Of a stretch of 48,210 bases of DNA, positions 18,878-28,326 are shown one piece after another. The stretch covers positions 3,182 to 51,391 of the forward strand of contig JAYSEC010000001.1 in the NCBI GenBank assembly GCA_041914085.1, written 5' to 3'. This stretch comes from Nocardioides sp. (GTDB lineage Bacteria > Actinomycetota > Actinomycetes > Propionibacteriales > Nocardioidaceae). The notes beneath the pieces are model-generated. The model made no database searches, had not been told where the DNA came from, and saw only the letters and a list, made by a program, of their open reading frames with translations. How positions within the stretch are numbered: position 1 is the first letter of the stretch; each line of letters opens with the position of its first letter. Both the position numbers and the translations under genes were made by a program.

Positions 18878-20134
18878 GTGGACTACGACTTCGCGATCCT
18901 CGACCTCGACGACGAGTCCGACGAGGCGGTCGCCCGTCGGCGCGGCTGGATCGGTGCGGTGCTGCGCGGCTTCCGCGAGGACCGGCCCGAGGACGCGCTC
19001 ATCGACCGCTGGGTGGGCCACTACCGCGCCGACGACGTCACCGTGCGCGGCGCCTGGCTGCCCGAGGGCGAGTTCGGCGCCGGGCCGATGCCGGTGGCGA
19101 CCTACGCCAGCCTGGACAAGACGCTCAACGCGGGGCGCGAGCTGCTGCCCCTGCGGATGGTCACCGACGTCACCACCAGCGCGACCCACCGCCGCCGGGG
19201 CCTGCTGCGCCGGATGATCGAGGACGACCTCGCCGACGCCGTCGCGCAGGGCGTGCCGATGGCGGCGCTGACGGCCTCCGAGGCGACCATCTACGGCCGC
19301 TGGGGCTTCGGTGCCGCGACCCTGCGCAAGGGCGTCGAGCTCGACACCGGGCCGGGCTTCGGCTTCCGCTCCTTCGTCGACACCGGCCGCGTCGAGCTCG
19401 TCGAGCCCGCGGACGCCTGGCCCCACGTCAAGGCCGTCTTCGACACCTTCCACGCCCGCCAGCGCGGCTCGGTCGAGTGGCCGGTCCAGTACGAGGACAT
19501 GCACAGCGCCGCGTTCGACTTCGAGAGCGGGTCCGCCAACCGCAAGCTCCGCGGCGCGGTGCACCTCGACGCCACCGGCGAGGTCGACGGCTTCGTGCTC
19601 TTCAAGCACGGCGAGAAGAACTCCGTGAAGGTCGACGAGATGGTCGCCCTCACCCCCGAGGCACAGCTGGCGTTCTGGTCGTTCCTCGGCCACATGGACC
19701 GGGTCACCACGGTGACCTTCAACCTCTTCCACCCCGAGGACCCGGTCGTGTGGGCGCTGACCGACATGAACCGGGTCAAGACCACCGAGGTCGAGGAGTT
19801 CCTCTGGCTCCGGGTCCTCGACGTGCCACGGTGCCTGGCCGCCCGGCCGTGGGCCAAGGACGGCACTGTCGTCCTCGAGGTCGACGACGCCCAGGGCCAC
19901 GCCTCCGGCCGCTACGAGCTCTCCACGTCGGGCGGCGTGGCGAGCGTGACGCGCACCGACCGGCCGGCCGACGTGGGCGTCACCGCGGAGACGCTCGCCT
20001 CGCTCTACCTCGGCGAGGTGGAGGTACGCCGGATGCACCACGCCGGCCGCGTGGAGGGAGCTTCCGACGCGGTGGCACGCCTCGGGGCGATGGCGGACCT
20101 CAGCGACCCGCCGTACAGCCTCACGGGGTTCTGA
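18878..20134 (+). CDS. Eis-like GNAT acetyltransferase with SCP2-like C-terminal domain
   Basis: THRRRGLL acetyl-CoA motif, LTASEATIYGRWGFG, LWLRVLDV, C-terminal F; start moved to GTG 18878 after TAGCGT -10 (alternative 18869). Confidence 0.88.
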   Translation: MDYDFAILDLDDESDEAVARRRGWIGAVLRGFREDRPEDALIDRWVGHYRADDVTVRGAWLPEGEFGAGPMPVATYASLDKTLNAGRELLPLRMVTDVTTSATHRRRGLLRRMIEDDLADAVAQGVPMAALTASEATIYGRWGFGAATLRKGVELDTGPGFGFRSFVDTGRVELVEPADAWPHVKAVFDTFHARQRGSVEWPVQYEDMHSAAFDFESGSANRKLRGAVHLDATGEVDGFVLFKHGEKNSVKVDEMVALTPEAQLAFWSFLGHMDRVTTVTFNLFHPEDPVVWALTDMNRVKTTEVEEFLWLRVLDVPRCLAARPWAKDGTVVLEVDDAQGHASGRYELSTSGGVASVTRTDRPADVGVTAETLASLYLGEVEVRRMHHAGRVEGASDAVARLGAMADLSDPPYSLTGF

Positions 20135-21218
20135 GCGACAGCTCGCGGCCGAGGAGCCGGCCCAGGCGCGCCACCTCGGCGACGGCCGCTTCGTGCGCCT
20201 CGCCGGCGAGGGAGCAGGTCACCTCGACGCCGTCCGCGTCGGCGCGCCACGTGCCGGCGACGACCCCGTCGACGACGACCGGGTTCGCGCCGCGCGTCAT
20301 CGCGCTGCGCTGGTCGGGCGGCACGACCCAGGCATCCTTGGTGCCCGGGCCCATGACCCAGTCGTCCTTGCCCGGCAGGAGCACGACGTGCGGCTCGGGG
20401 CGTACGTCTCCCAGCTCCGCCTCGTGCTCGGCGAGCAGCCACCGCGGCTGCCCTTCCACGTCCACCTCGACCAGCCGGTCCTCGAGCTCGGTCCACCACC
20501 GGGCGAGCCGCGAGCGCCCGGCGCTGAGGCCGCCACCGAGCCAGTACTCGAGGTGCTCGGGGCCCGCGGGGCCGTAGGCGCCGAGGTAGTCCACGACCGC
20601 CCGGTGACCCGCCTCGTCGAGGTCGGGGATGCCTGCCCAGGCCGGTGCGACCGTGGGGCTCTGCAGCAGGAGGGGCCCGGTGAGGCTCGGCCCGAGCACG
20701 ACGTCGCCCTGCCAGGCGAACGGCTTCATCAACGTGGTGTTCTCCTCGGCGAACTCCGTCGCCAGGTGGCCGAAGCGCGGGTGTCCGGCCAGCGCGTCCG
20801 CGACCGCCTGCGGCGGCACCGGGCCGTCGGCGACGACCCCGCGGACGAGCTCGCGCAGCTCCGGCCAGTCCTCCGGGGAGAGCCGGTAGTGCTCCACCCA
20901 GCTCGCGCGCGCCCACTGCCGTCCGGCCGCCCGCAGCGCGAGGTAGGTGCCCGCGGTCTCCGGCGCCATCACCTGCACCGACCCGCGGAAGGAGAAGGTG
21001 CGCACCAGGCGGCCCTCGGCCAGCGCGCGCTCGACCTCCCCCGGCTCGCCCGGGTCCGCCAGCCGCCGCCGGACGGCGAGGTCGGCGTCGGAGCCGAACA
21101 CCGACACCGCAGCCAGCGTGCGGACCACCTCCGTCGCGTCGGCGGCACCGTCTCGCAGGTGCTGGCGGCGCATCCGCCAGGCGAGGGCCTGCCGCCGGGT
21201 GATCGACCGCGTGCCCAT
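20121..21218 (-). CDS. AlkZ/YcaQ-like winged-helix (HTH_42) DNA glycosylase family protein
   Basis: RMRRQHL, GRLVRTFSFRGS, YLGAYGPA, LLPGKD and VDGVVAGTW family patterns. Confidence 0.75.
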   Translation of the reverse strand: MGTRSITRRQALAWRMRRQHLRDGAADATEVVRTLAAVSVFGSDADLAVRRRLADPGEPGEVERALAEGRLVRTFSFRGSVQVMAPETAGTYLALRAAGRQWARASWVEHYRLSPEDWPELRELVRGVVADGPVPPQAVADALAGHPRFGHLATEFAEENTTLMKPFAWQGDVVLGPSLTGPLLLQSPTVAPAWAGIPDLDEAGHRAVVDYLGAYGPAGPEHLEYWLGGGLSAGRSRLARWWTELEDRLVEVDVEGQPRWLLAEHEAELGDVRPEPHVVLLPGKDDWVMGPGTKDAWVVPPDQRSAMTRGANPVVVDGVVAGTWRADADGVEVTCSLAGEAHEAAVAEVARLGRLLGRELSLRTP

Positions 21219-21229
21219 GCCGGGACCGC

Positions 21230-21493
21230 TCAGTCCTCGTCCTCGCGCGCCTTGCGCTCCTCGAAGGCCGCGGAGGCCTTGGCTGCCCGGTTCTCCACGC
21301 GGCGGGCGAAGGCCTCGCGCTGCCGGTCGAGGATGAAGTACGACGCGATGCCCGACACCAGGAACGCCAGGACGACGGCCCAGAACAGGTGGAACCTGCC
21401 GTCGAAGAGCAGCGCCATCACGCCGACCACCACGCCCAGGGAGGCGAGGAACAGCACGACCCGCAGCACGGTGTAGACCACGAACTCCTTCAC
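21230..21493 (-). CDS. DUF4229 family membrane protein
   Basis: YTVLRVVLF, two TM helices, acidic EDED tail; typical position next to ccsB. Confidence 0.8.
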   Translation of the reverse strand: MKEFVVYTVLRVVLFLASLGVVVGVMALLFDGRFHLFWAVVLAFLVSGIASYFILDRQREAFARRVENRAAKASAAFEERKAREDED

Positions 21494-21529
21494 GGGTCCA
21501 GCCTAGGACGGGCCGTCTACATTGGGGGA

Positions 21530-21718
21530 ATGCTGAAGGTGCTGCTCGTGGTGGCCGTCATCGCGTTCGTCGTGTGGCTCCTCGTGAGGCTCATCCTGAG
21601 GCGGATCGGCGACGGCGGCGACGGCGGGGTCTCACGCCCGCGGGTGATCGGCCCCGACGACGACCCGGACTTCCTGCGCGACATCGACCGGCGCCGCCGC
21701 GACCCGGAGGACGACTGA
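21530..21718 (+). CDS. Small membrane protein with GPDDDPDFLR motif (62 aa)
   Basis: One TM helix followed by PDDDPDFLR; TACATT -10 six nt before ATG. Confidence 0.7.
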   Translation: MLKVLLVVAVIAFVVWLLVRLILRRIGDGGDGGVSRPRVIGPDDDPDFLRDIDRRRRDPEDD

Positions 21719-22666
21719 GCGCTCCTGCCCGGCGCTCTCGGCGTACGAGTGCTGGCTCGTGGTGCTGAAGAAGTTGATCCCGATGAAGTTGAACCACAGG
21801 GTCGCGGCACCGACCAGCGCCAGCAGCGCGGCGTTGCGGCCGCGCCAGCCCGCGGTCGCGCGGGCGTGGAGGTAGGCGGCGTAGACCACCCAGGTGATGA
21901 ACGCCCACACCTCCTTCGGGTCCCAGTTCCAGTACGACGACCACGCCTGGTGCGCCCAGATGGGGCCGGAGATCAGGACGCCGAAGGTCCACACCGGGAA
22001 GCCGAAGGCGTGCATCCGGTAGGCGATGCGGTCGAGGTCGGGCAGCTCGGGCAGGCGGGCGAGGTAGCCCGTCTCCTTGGTCGAGCGCGCCTTGAGGAGG
22101 TAGAGGATCGAGGTGATCCCACCGAGGGTGAAGGCGCCCGTGGCGATGACCGCGGCGACCACGTGGATCACCAGCCAGTAGGACTCGAGCGCCTCGGTGA
22201 GGGGAGCGACGGGCTCGTAGAGCCACAGCACGTCGGCGAGCAGGACGCACAGCACGAAGCCCACCACGATCGGGCCCAGCCAGGAGAGCCGCCAGCGGCT
22301 GGTGGTCGCGAGGAACAGGGCCACCACGACGAAGGTGCCGCTGAGCGTGAACTCGTACATGTTGCCCCACGGCACGCGGTTGGGGTCCGCGGCCATGCCC
22401 CGGCCGACCAGCGCGACGAAGTGGGCCAGGGCGCCGACGGCGGTCAGCAGCACGCCGAGCCGGCCGGTCATCTCGACGCGCTCGGACGTGCGGTCGTCCT
22501 CGACGTCGGCGACCGGCGCCCCGCCGCCAGCGGCGACCGCCTGCCGGACCGGGACGTCGCGCAGCGCCGCCCACTGGACGGCGTACGCCAGCAGCGCGAG
22601 GAAGTAGACCACCCCTGCGGCGGCCACGCCCTGGTTGCTGAGGGTCTCCCACTGTGCGTCGGTCAT
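21632..22666 (-). CDS. ccsB: Cytochrome c biogenesis protein CcsB/ResC (WWD domain)
   Basis: PWGNMYEF, YWLVIHV, WAHQAWSSYWNWDPKE, AYLH, HSYA; ATG overlaps the resB stop. Confidence 0.93.
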   Translation of the reverse strand: MTDAQWETLSNQGVAAAGVVYFLALLAYAVQWAALRDVPVRQAVAAGGGAPVADVEDDRTSERVEMTGRLGVLLTAVGALAHFVALVGRGMAADPNRVPWGNMYEFTLSGTFVVVALFLATTSRWRLSWLGPIVVGFVLCVLLADVLWLYEPVAPLTEALESYWLVIHVVAAVIATGAFTLGGITSILYLLKARSTKETGYLARLPELPDLDRIAYRMHAFGFPVWTFGVLISGPIWAHQAWSSYWNWDPKEVWAFITWVVYAAYLHARATAGWRGRNAALLALVGAATLWFNFIGINFFSTTSQHSYAESAGQERSVVLRVAAAPVDVAQEVRVVVGADHPRA

Positions 22667-24318
22667 GGTCGTGCCTCTCGGTCCTGTCTCAGTGCTGCCA
22701 CGATCCCGGCGAGCTCGGTGCGGCCGGTCTCCGGGTCTCCCCCGGAGGAGCGGTCGAGTCGTGCCACCTCGACCAGGGTGGTGCCGTCGTCGCGACGGCG
22801 TGCGCGCACCCACAGGCGGCGGGGGCGCACGAAGAGCGAGCCGAGCAGCCCCAGCAGGGCGGCGACGACACCGGTCAGCGCCACCATCTTGCCCGGGGTG
22901 CGGCTGATCTGGATCTTGTTCCAGCGCTGGAGGCCCTCGAACGTCACCGACCCCAGCCCGTCGGGGAGGTCGACGGACTCGCCGGGGCGCAGGTCCAGCC
23001 GGAACGGCTGGCCGTTGGCCTTGGTCACCTGGTCGGCCCTGGTCTTGTCGAGGACGTAGACCGAGCTGCTGGTGCCGTCGTCGAGCCCCACGTCGCCGGT
23101 GAAGACCTGGAGCGAGACGAGCGGGTCCAGCGCGTCGCCCCACGCCGACGCGGGCATGGTCAGGTTGCCGTCGGCGTCCTGGCCCATGGTGAAGGTCGGG
23201 TAGAAGGTGCCCTCCAGCCCGATCTGGGTGGGCTGGGCATCGGGCGCCTTGACGACGCCGAAGGACTCGAAGGTCTGCGCGTTGGTCGGCAGGAACACGG
23301 TCGGGCCGGACTGCGCGACGTTGCCCTCGCCGTCGCGGATGGTGATGACGGGCGCGTAGCCGTGGCCGATGAGGAACACGTCGGTGCCGCCGATGGACAG
23401 CGGGTGGTTGACCCGGAGGTCGTACTGCTGGGTCTCCGCGCCCGGCTCGGTCGTGTAGTCGAGGTGCGCGACGAACTTGCGCGCCATGCCCGCCCGGGGA
23501 CCGTCGGTGATCCAGTCGACGTCGAAGTCGGTGATGCTGAAGGAGAACGGCTCCATCACCGCGGGGTCGAACAGGCTGCCCGGGGCGAAGTCGTCGTACT
23601 GGGTGAGGTTGTTGGAGAAGCCGTAGTCGGCGCCGTTGTACATGATGACGCCGCCCTTGTAGCCGAAGAGGCTGCCGATGGCGACGCCGACCAGCACCAC
23701 GATCACGGCGAGGTGGAAGAGGAGGTTGCCGGCCTCGCGCAGGTGGCCGCGTTCGGCGTCGACCGAGTCCGCGGACGCTCCTTCGCCGGTCGAGGTGCCA
23801 GCGGAGCTAGCCTCGAGACCTGCGACCCGGTAGCGCCGCTTGCGCAGCACCCGGGCGGCACGGGCCAGCACGACCTCGGGGTCCTCGTCGGTCTCGTACG
23901 ACGTGTGCTCGGGCAGGCGCGCGAGGTTGCGGGGCGCCTTGGGCGGGCGGGCGCGCAGGGCGCGGGCGTAGACGAACAGCCGCGGCACGATGCAACCGAC
24001 GAGCGAGACCATCAGCAGGATGTAGATGGCGGAGAACCACACCGAGCCGTAGACCGCGAAGAGGTCGAGACGGTCCCAGATCGGGGCGAGGCGCGGGTGG
24101 TTGTCGCGCCACTGCGAGACCGCGAGGGAGTCGATGTCCTCCTGCGGGATCACCGACCCGGGGATCGCGGCGAGGGCGAGCAGCAGCAGGAGCACCAGCG
24201 CCGTACGCATCGAGGTGAGCTGGCGCCACGACCAGCGCGCGAGCTCGCGTGCGGTGAGGTCGGGGGGCAGGGCGGTGGCCTGACGGTCGTCGGACGGCCG
24301 GTGGTCGAGCTGGGTCAC
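22663..24318 (-). CDS. resB: Cytochrome c biogenesis protein ResB
   Basis: WRQLTSMRTAL, GSVIPQ, EAGNLLFHLA, VNHPL, GHGYAP. Confidence 0.93.
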   Translation of the reverse strand: MTQLDHRPSDDRQATALPPDLTARELARWSWRQLTSMRTALVLLLLLALAAIPGSVIPQEDIDSLAVSQWRDNHPRLAPIWDRLDLFAVYGSVWFSAIYILLMVSLVGCIVPRLFVYARALRARPPKAPRNLARLPEHTSYETDEDPEVVLARAARVLRKRRYRVAGLEASSAGTSTGEGASADSVDAERGHLREAGNLLFHLAVIVVLVGVAIGSLFGYKGGVIMYNGADYGFSNNLTQYDDFAPGSLFDPAVMEPFSFSITDFDVDWITDGPRAGMARKFVAHLDYTTEPGAETQQYDLRVNHPLSIGGTDVFLIGHGYAPVITIRDGEGNVAQSGPTVFLPTNAQTFESFGVVKAPDAQPTQIGLEGTFYPTFTMGQDADGNLTMPASAWGDALDPLVSLQVFTGDVGLDDGTSSSVYVLDKTRADQVTKANGQPFRLDLRPGESVDLPDGLGSVTFEGLQRWNKIQISRTPGKMVALTGVVAALLGLLGSLFVRPRRLWVRARRRDDGTTLVEVARLDRSSGGDPETGRTELAGIVAALRQDREARP

Positions 24319-24335
24319 AGCGGCCGCTCACTCAT
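24315..24335 (-). other. 6-codon ORF (MSERPL) overlapping the resA stop and the resB start; possible ccdA remnant
   Basis: ATG AGT GAG CGG CCG CTG TGA, read directly from the sequence. Confidence 0.35.
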
Positions 24336-24894
24336 CGAGCACCACGTCGACCAGGGAGAGCAGCGTCTGGGTCGTGGGGATGCGCCCCTGGACCGACGCG
24401 GCGACCCGGCCCTCGGCATCGAGGACGACGGTGCTGGGGATGGAGCGGGGGTTCAGCGTGCCGGCGAAGGACAGCAGCGCGGACCCGTCCGGGGAGTAGA
24501 TGGAGGGATAGGTGACGTCGAAGTTGCGGACGAACGCGAGCCCCTTCTCGGCAGAGGAGTCGCGGATGTTGACGCCGAGGAAGGTGACGCGGTCGCCGAG
24601 CTCGGCCGCCGCCTCGTTGAGGTCGGGCTGCTCGACGCGGCAGGGCGGGCACTCCGACCACCAGACGTTGATGACGACGGGCTCGCCGCGCAGGTCGGCG
24701 AGGTCGACGGGGTTGCCCTCGAGGTCCTCGCCGGAAAGCTCGATCGGTGCCTCCCGGTCTGCGGGCGCCACCTCGACCGGGACTCCCTCGCCGGTGATGT
24801 AGCCCTTGTCGCCGGTTCCGGACAGGCCGGAGCAGCCCGTCAGGACGAGGAGGCAGGCCCAGACGAGCGGGACGACGGTCGAGCGGAGCTTCAG
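24328..24894 (-). CDS. resA: ResA/TlpA-family lipoprotein thiol-disulfide oxidoreductase, probable CTG start
   Basis: Lipobox LTGC, WWSECPPC, IPSTVVLD; GGAGGA six nt before a CTG that overlaps the upstream TGA. Confidence 0.85.
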   Translation of the reverse strand: MKLRSTVVPLVWACLLVLTGCSGLSGTGDKGYITGEGVPVEVAPADREAPIELSGEDLEGNPVDLADLRGEPVVINVWWSECPPCRVEQPDLNEAAAELGDRVTFLGVNIRDSSAEKGLAFVRNFDVTYPSIYSPDGSALLSFAGTLNPRSIPSTVVLDAEGRVAASVQGRIPTTQTLLSLVDVVLDE

Positions 24895-25568
24895 GGCCGG
24901 TCCTCCTGAACGGCGCCGCCGGCGGAGAAGGGCGCGGAGCGGTCGGAAACCGGGATCAGGTCGCCGGCCGGCTCGGAGTAGCGCACCTGGACCATCCGGT
25001 CGTCGTCGAAGACCACGCTGGTCAACGAGCAGAGGGTGCACTGCCGGCTCTTGGGGTGGTGGAGGTAGCTGCGCTTCTCGAGGAACAGGCGCGTGGTCCA
25101 GATCGGCAGCTGGTGCGACACGATCACGGCCTCGTGGCCGCGTGCAGCGTCCCGGGCGTCGTGGATCGCGGCGACCATGCGGCCCGCGATCTCGTCGTAG
25201 GGCTCGCCCCACGACGGCTCGAAGGGGTTGTAGAGGTGGCGCCAGAGGTGCGGCCGCTTGATGATCGTCATCGCGCCCTCCCCGAAGCTCAGGCCCTCGA
25301 AGACGTTGCCCGACTCGATCACCCGCGGGTCGACGACCGGCGTCAGGCCGCGGGCCGCGGCCAGCGGCGCGCCCGTCTCCTGCGCGCGCTCGAGCGGCGA
25401 GGTCCGCATGTGGGTGATGTCGCGGTCGCCGACGGTCTCGGCGATCCGCTGCGCCATCTGGTTGCCGAGGTCGGAGAGGTGGAAGCCGTCGCGACGGCCG
25501 TAGAGCACGCCCTCCGGGTTGTGCACCTCGCCGTGCCTGAGCAGGTGCACGATCGTCTGGACACCCAT
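24891..25568 (-). CDS. Histidine phosphatase (phosphoglycerate mutase family)
   Basis: LLRHGE, SPLERAQET, VSHQLPI; conserved position between hemL and resA. Confidence 0.9.
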   Translation of the reverse strand: MGVQTIVHLLRHGEVHNPEGVLYGRRDGFHLSDLGNQMAQRIAETVGDRDITHMRTSPLERAQETGAPLAAARGLTPVVDPRVIESGNVFEGLSFGEGAMTIIKRPHLWRHLYNPFEPSWGEPYDEIAGRMVAAIHDARDAARGHEAVIVSHQLPIWTTRLFLEKRSYLHHPKSRQCTLCSLTSVVFDDDRMVQVRYSEPAGDLIPVSDRSAPFSAGGAVQEDRP

Positions 25569-25570
25569 GG

Positions 25571-26899
25571 TCAGTGACCTCCTGCCGTGGCGGCTGCGAG
25601 CGCGGCCGCCGGGAGCGCGTCGAGGACCGTCGACACGGCCCGGTCGTCGTGGGCCGCGGACACGAACCACGCCTCGTACGCCGACGGCGGGAGGTAGACG
25701 CCCTGGGCCAGCATCGAGTGGAAGAAGGCCGCGTAGGCGGCGGTGTCCTGGGTGCTGGCCTCGGCGAAGTCGTGCACCGGGGCGTCGCGGAAGAACACCG
25801 AGAACATCGTGCCGGCGGTCTGCACGGTGTGTGGCACGCCCGCGGCGGCGAGCGCCTCCGAGGCAGCGGTGCGGATGGTGAGCGCCGTGGCGTCGAGGTG
25901 GTCGTAGACCTCGGGGGTGGCCAGGCGGAGCGTCGCGAGCCCCGCCGTCGTCGCGACGGGGTTCCCGGAGAGGGTGCCGGCCTGGTAGACCCGGCCCTCG
26001 GGGGCGAGGTGCGCCATCAGGTCGGCGCGACCGCCGAACGCCGCCGCGGGGAAGCCGCCGCCCATCACCTTGCCGAACGTCATCAGGTCGGGGGTCCAGC
26101 CCTCGATCGCACCGTCGAGGCCCCAGCCGCCCTGCGCGGTCGCGCGGAAGCCGGTCATCACCTCGTCGCTGATGAACAGCGCCCCGTGGCTGCGGCAGGT
26201 CTCGGCCAGGAAGGCGTTGAACCCCGGCGCCGGCGGGACGATGCCCATGTTGCCCGGCGTCGCCTCGGTGATCAGGCAGGCGATCCGCGGCCCGTGGGTC
26301 TCGAAGGCGGCGAGGACGGCCGCCCGGTCGTTGTAGGGCAGGACGAGGGTCTCCCCCGCCGAGCTGGCCGGCACGCCGCTCGTGCCAGGCACCGCCAGCG
26401 TGGCGACGCCCGAGCCGGCCTCGGCCAGCAGCGCGTCGACGTGGCCGTGGTAGCACCCGCTGAACTTCACGACGAGGTCGCGGCCGGTCGCGCCCCGGGC
26501 GAGCCGGATGGCCGACATGGTGGCCTCGGTGCCGGAGGAGACGAAGCGGACCCGCTCCACGGGCGTCCGCGCGACGATCTCCTCCGCGAGCTCCACCTCG
26601 GGCTCCGTGGGCGTGCCGTACGACGTGCCGCGGGCGACGGCGCCCGCCACCGCGGCCTGCACGTCGGGGTGCGCGTGGCCGAGGAGCATGGGGCCCCACG
26701 AGCAGATGAGGTCGACGTAGTCGTTGCCGTCGGCGTCGGTCAGCCAGGCGCCGGACGCGGAGGTGATGAACCGCGGGGTGCCGCCGACGGCGTTGAACGC
26801 GCGCACGGGAGAGTTCACACCACCCGGGGTGACGGCGCGCGCACGCTCGAAGAGCGCCTCGCTCGCCGCTGTCGTGGAGGTGGTCGTCGCGGGGGTCAC
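25571..26899 (-). CDS. hemL: Glutamate-1-semialdehyde 2,1-aminomutase
   Basis: [43 protein letters not shown]. Confidence 0.96.
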   Translation of the reverse strand: MTPATTTSTTAASEALFERARAVTPGGVNSPVRAFNAVGGTPRFITSASGAWLTDADGNDYVDLICSWGPMLLGHAHPDVQAAVAGAVARGTSYGTPTEPEVELAEEIVARTPVERVRFVSSGTEATMSAIRLARGATGRDLVVKFSGCYHGHVDALLAEAGSGVATLAVPGTSGVPASSAGETLVLPYNDRAAVLAAFETHGPRIACLITEATPGNMGIVPPAPGFNAFLAETCRSHGALFISDEVMTGFRATAQGGWGLDGAIEGWTPDLMTFGKVMGGGFPAAAFGGRADLMAHLAPEGRVYQAGTLSGNPVATTAGLATLRLATPEVYDHLDATALTIRTAASEALAAAGVPHTVQTAGTMFSVFFRDAPVHDFAEASTQDTAAYAAFFHSMLAQGVYLPPSAYEAWFVSAAHDDRAVSTVLDALPAAALAAATAGGH

Positions 26900-26988
26900 C
26901 GCCTCATTGTCACGTAGACGGCCAACCGGCTCCCAGTCGGCGGTCGCCCGGGAGGGTGGGATGTGCCTTGGCGCACACGGAGCCGGCG

Positions 26989-27017
26989 CGTAACTTGGTG
27001 TGACGGTTCGTCGTTGA
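26989..27017 (+). promoter_or_regulatory. Putative sigma-BldN-type promoter for the lytic transglycosylase
   Basis: CGTAAC-N17-CGTTGA; both hexamers match the Streptomyces bldMp1 hexamers. Confidence 0.65.
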
Positions 27018-27081
27018 GAGGTGTGGGAGACCCCGGATCGGGGCATCATGACACCAGGACCACCCAGGGGAGATGCGCGAC

Positions 27082-28284
27082 ATGTCGAGTTCCGGCCGAC
27101 TGCACAGGGCGACCGCGATCATCCCGCTCGCCGTGCTCTCCGCAGCCTGGACGGCCAGCCTGGCCGGCGTCGGCGCGGGCACCGCGAGCGCCGACCCCGA
27201 CGGCTCCGGCACCCTCCCGGACGGCACGGTGCTGCCCTCCGCCGCGGTCGAGGCGCCCGCCAGCGTCGGTGACGACGCCGTCAGCCGCGCCGCCGCCCTC
27301 ACGCCCGGCGCCCCGAGCAGCATCCCGCAGGCCGCGCTCGCGGCCTACCAGCGTGCCGAGGCCGTGATCAACCAGGCCGACAAGGGCTGCAACCTCCCGT
27401 GGGAGCTGATCGCCGCCATCGGTCGGGTCGAGTCCGACCACGGCCGCTACGGCGGCAACGCCCTCGACGAGCAGGGCGTGGCACGTCCCGGCATCTACGG
27501 CGTCGCCCTCAACGGCAAGAACAACACCCAGGACATCAGCGACACCGACGCCGGCCAGTACGACAACGACACCCGTCACGACCGTGCGGTCGGTCCGATG
27601 CAGTTCATCCCCTCGACGTGGTCGGTCGTGGGCGTCGACGGCGACAGCGACGGCACCCGCAACCCGCAGGACGTCGACGACGCGGCCCTCGCCACCGCGG
27701 TGTACCTCTGCTCGGGCGACGACGACCTGTCGGAGGAGAAGGGCCAGCGCGCCTCGGTCTACCGCTACAACCACTCCAACGCCTACGTCGACCTCGTGCT
27801 GGAGGTGATGCAGGCCTACATGGACGGCGACTTCAGCGCGGTCCCGACCTCGACGCTGACCTCCGGGGTGATCACCCCCGACGTCACCGGTGGCGGCACG
27901 GGTGGTTCGGGCAAGGACGACGACGACAAGGGCGGCAAGGGCGGCAAGGGCGGCAAGGGCGGCAAGGACGACCAGACGCCCACGTCGAAGCCGACCCCCA
28001 CCCAGACCCCGACGCAGACGCCCACCCCCACCCAGACCCCGACGCCGACCCCGTCGCCGACGCCCACGCAGTCGCCGACCCCGACGAAGGACCCGACGAC
28101 CCTTCCCACCGTCCTGCCGACGACGAGCACCACGCTCCCGCCCCTCCCGACGGTCCCCGTCCCCACGACCATCACCCAGCCGCTCACCTACCTCGAGGCC
28201 CAGGCCCAGTGCCTCGCCAGCGGCATCTCCCAGCTCGACGTGGCCGCCCTCAACGCCTGCATCAACCGCCTGATGAACCCGTAG
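27082..28284 (+). CDS. Secreted lytic transglycosylase with Pro/Thr-rich linker
   Basis: [31 protein letters not shown]; alternative start 27073. Confidence 0.88.
   Translation: MSSSGRLHRATAIIPLAVLSAAWTASLAGVGAGTASADPDGSGTLPDGTVLPSAAVEAPASVGDDAVSRAAALTPGAPSSIPQAALAAYQRAEAVINQADKGCNLPWELIAAIGRVESDHGRYGGNALDEQGVARPGIYGVALNGKNNTQDISDTDAGQYDNDTRHDRAVGPMQFIPSTWSVVGVDGDSDGTRNPQDVDDAALATAVYLCSGDDDLSEEKGQRASVYRYNHSNAYVDLVLEVMQAYMDGDFSAVPTSTLTSGVITPDVTGGGTGGSGKDDDDKGGKGGKGGKGGKDDQTPTSKPTPTQTPTQTPTPTQTPTPTPSPTPTQSPTPTKDPTTLPTVLPTTSTTLPPLPTVPVPTTITQPLTYLEAQAQCLASGISQLDVAALNACINRLMNP
27931..27966 (+). repeat. In-frame tandem repeat (GGCGGCAAG)x4 encoding GGK x4
   Basis: Four perfect 9-bp copies, followed by degenerate PT/PTQT coding repeats. 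Confidence 0.9.
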
Positions 28285-28326
28285 GCCGCCGGTTGAGCGG
28301 CGAGCGCCATCAAGCAGCCAGCGCCA

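Noticed and set aside
27980-28180. Repetitive C/A-rich tract as a possible CRISPR array or satellite
   Set aside because: In-frame Pro/Thr linker codons; no repeat-spacer structure and no cas genes
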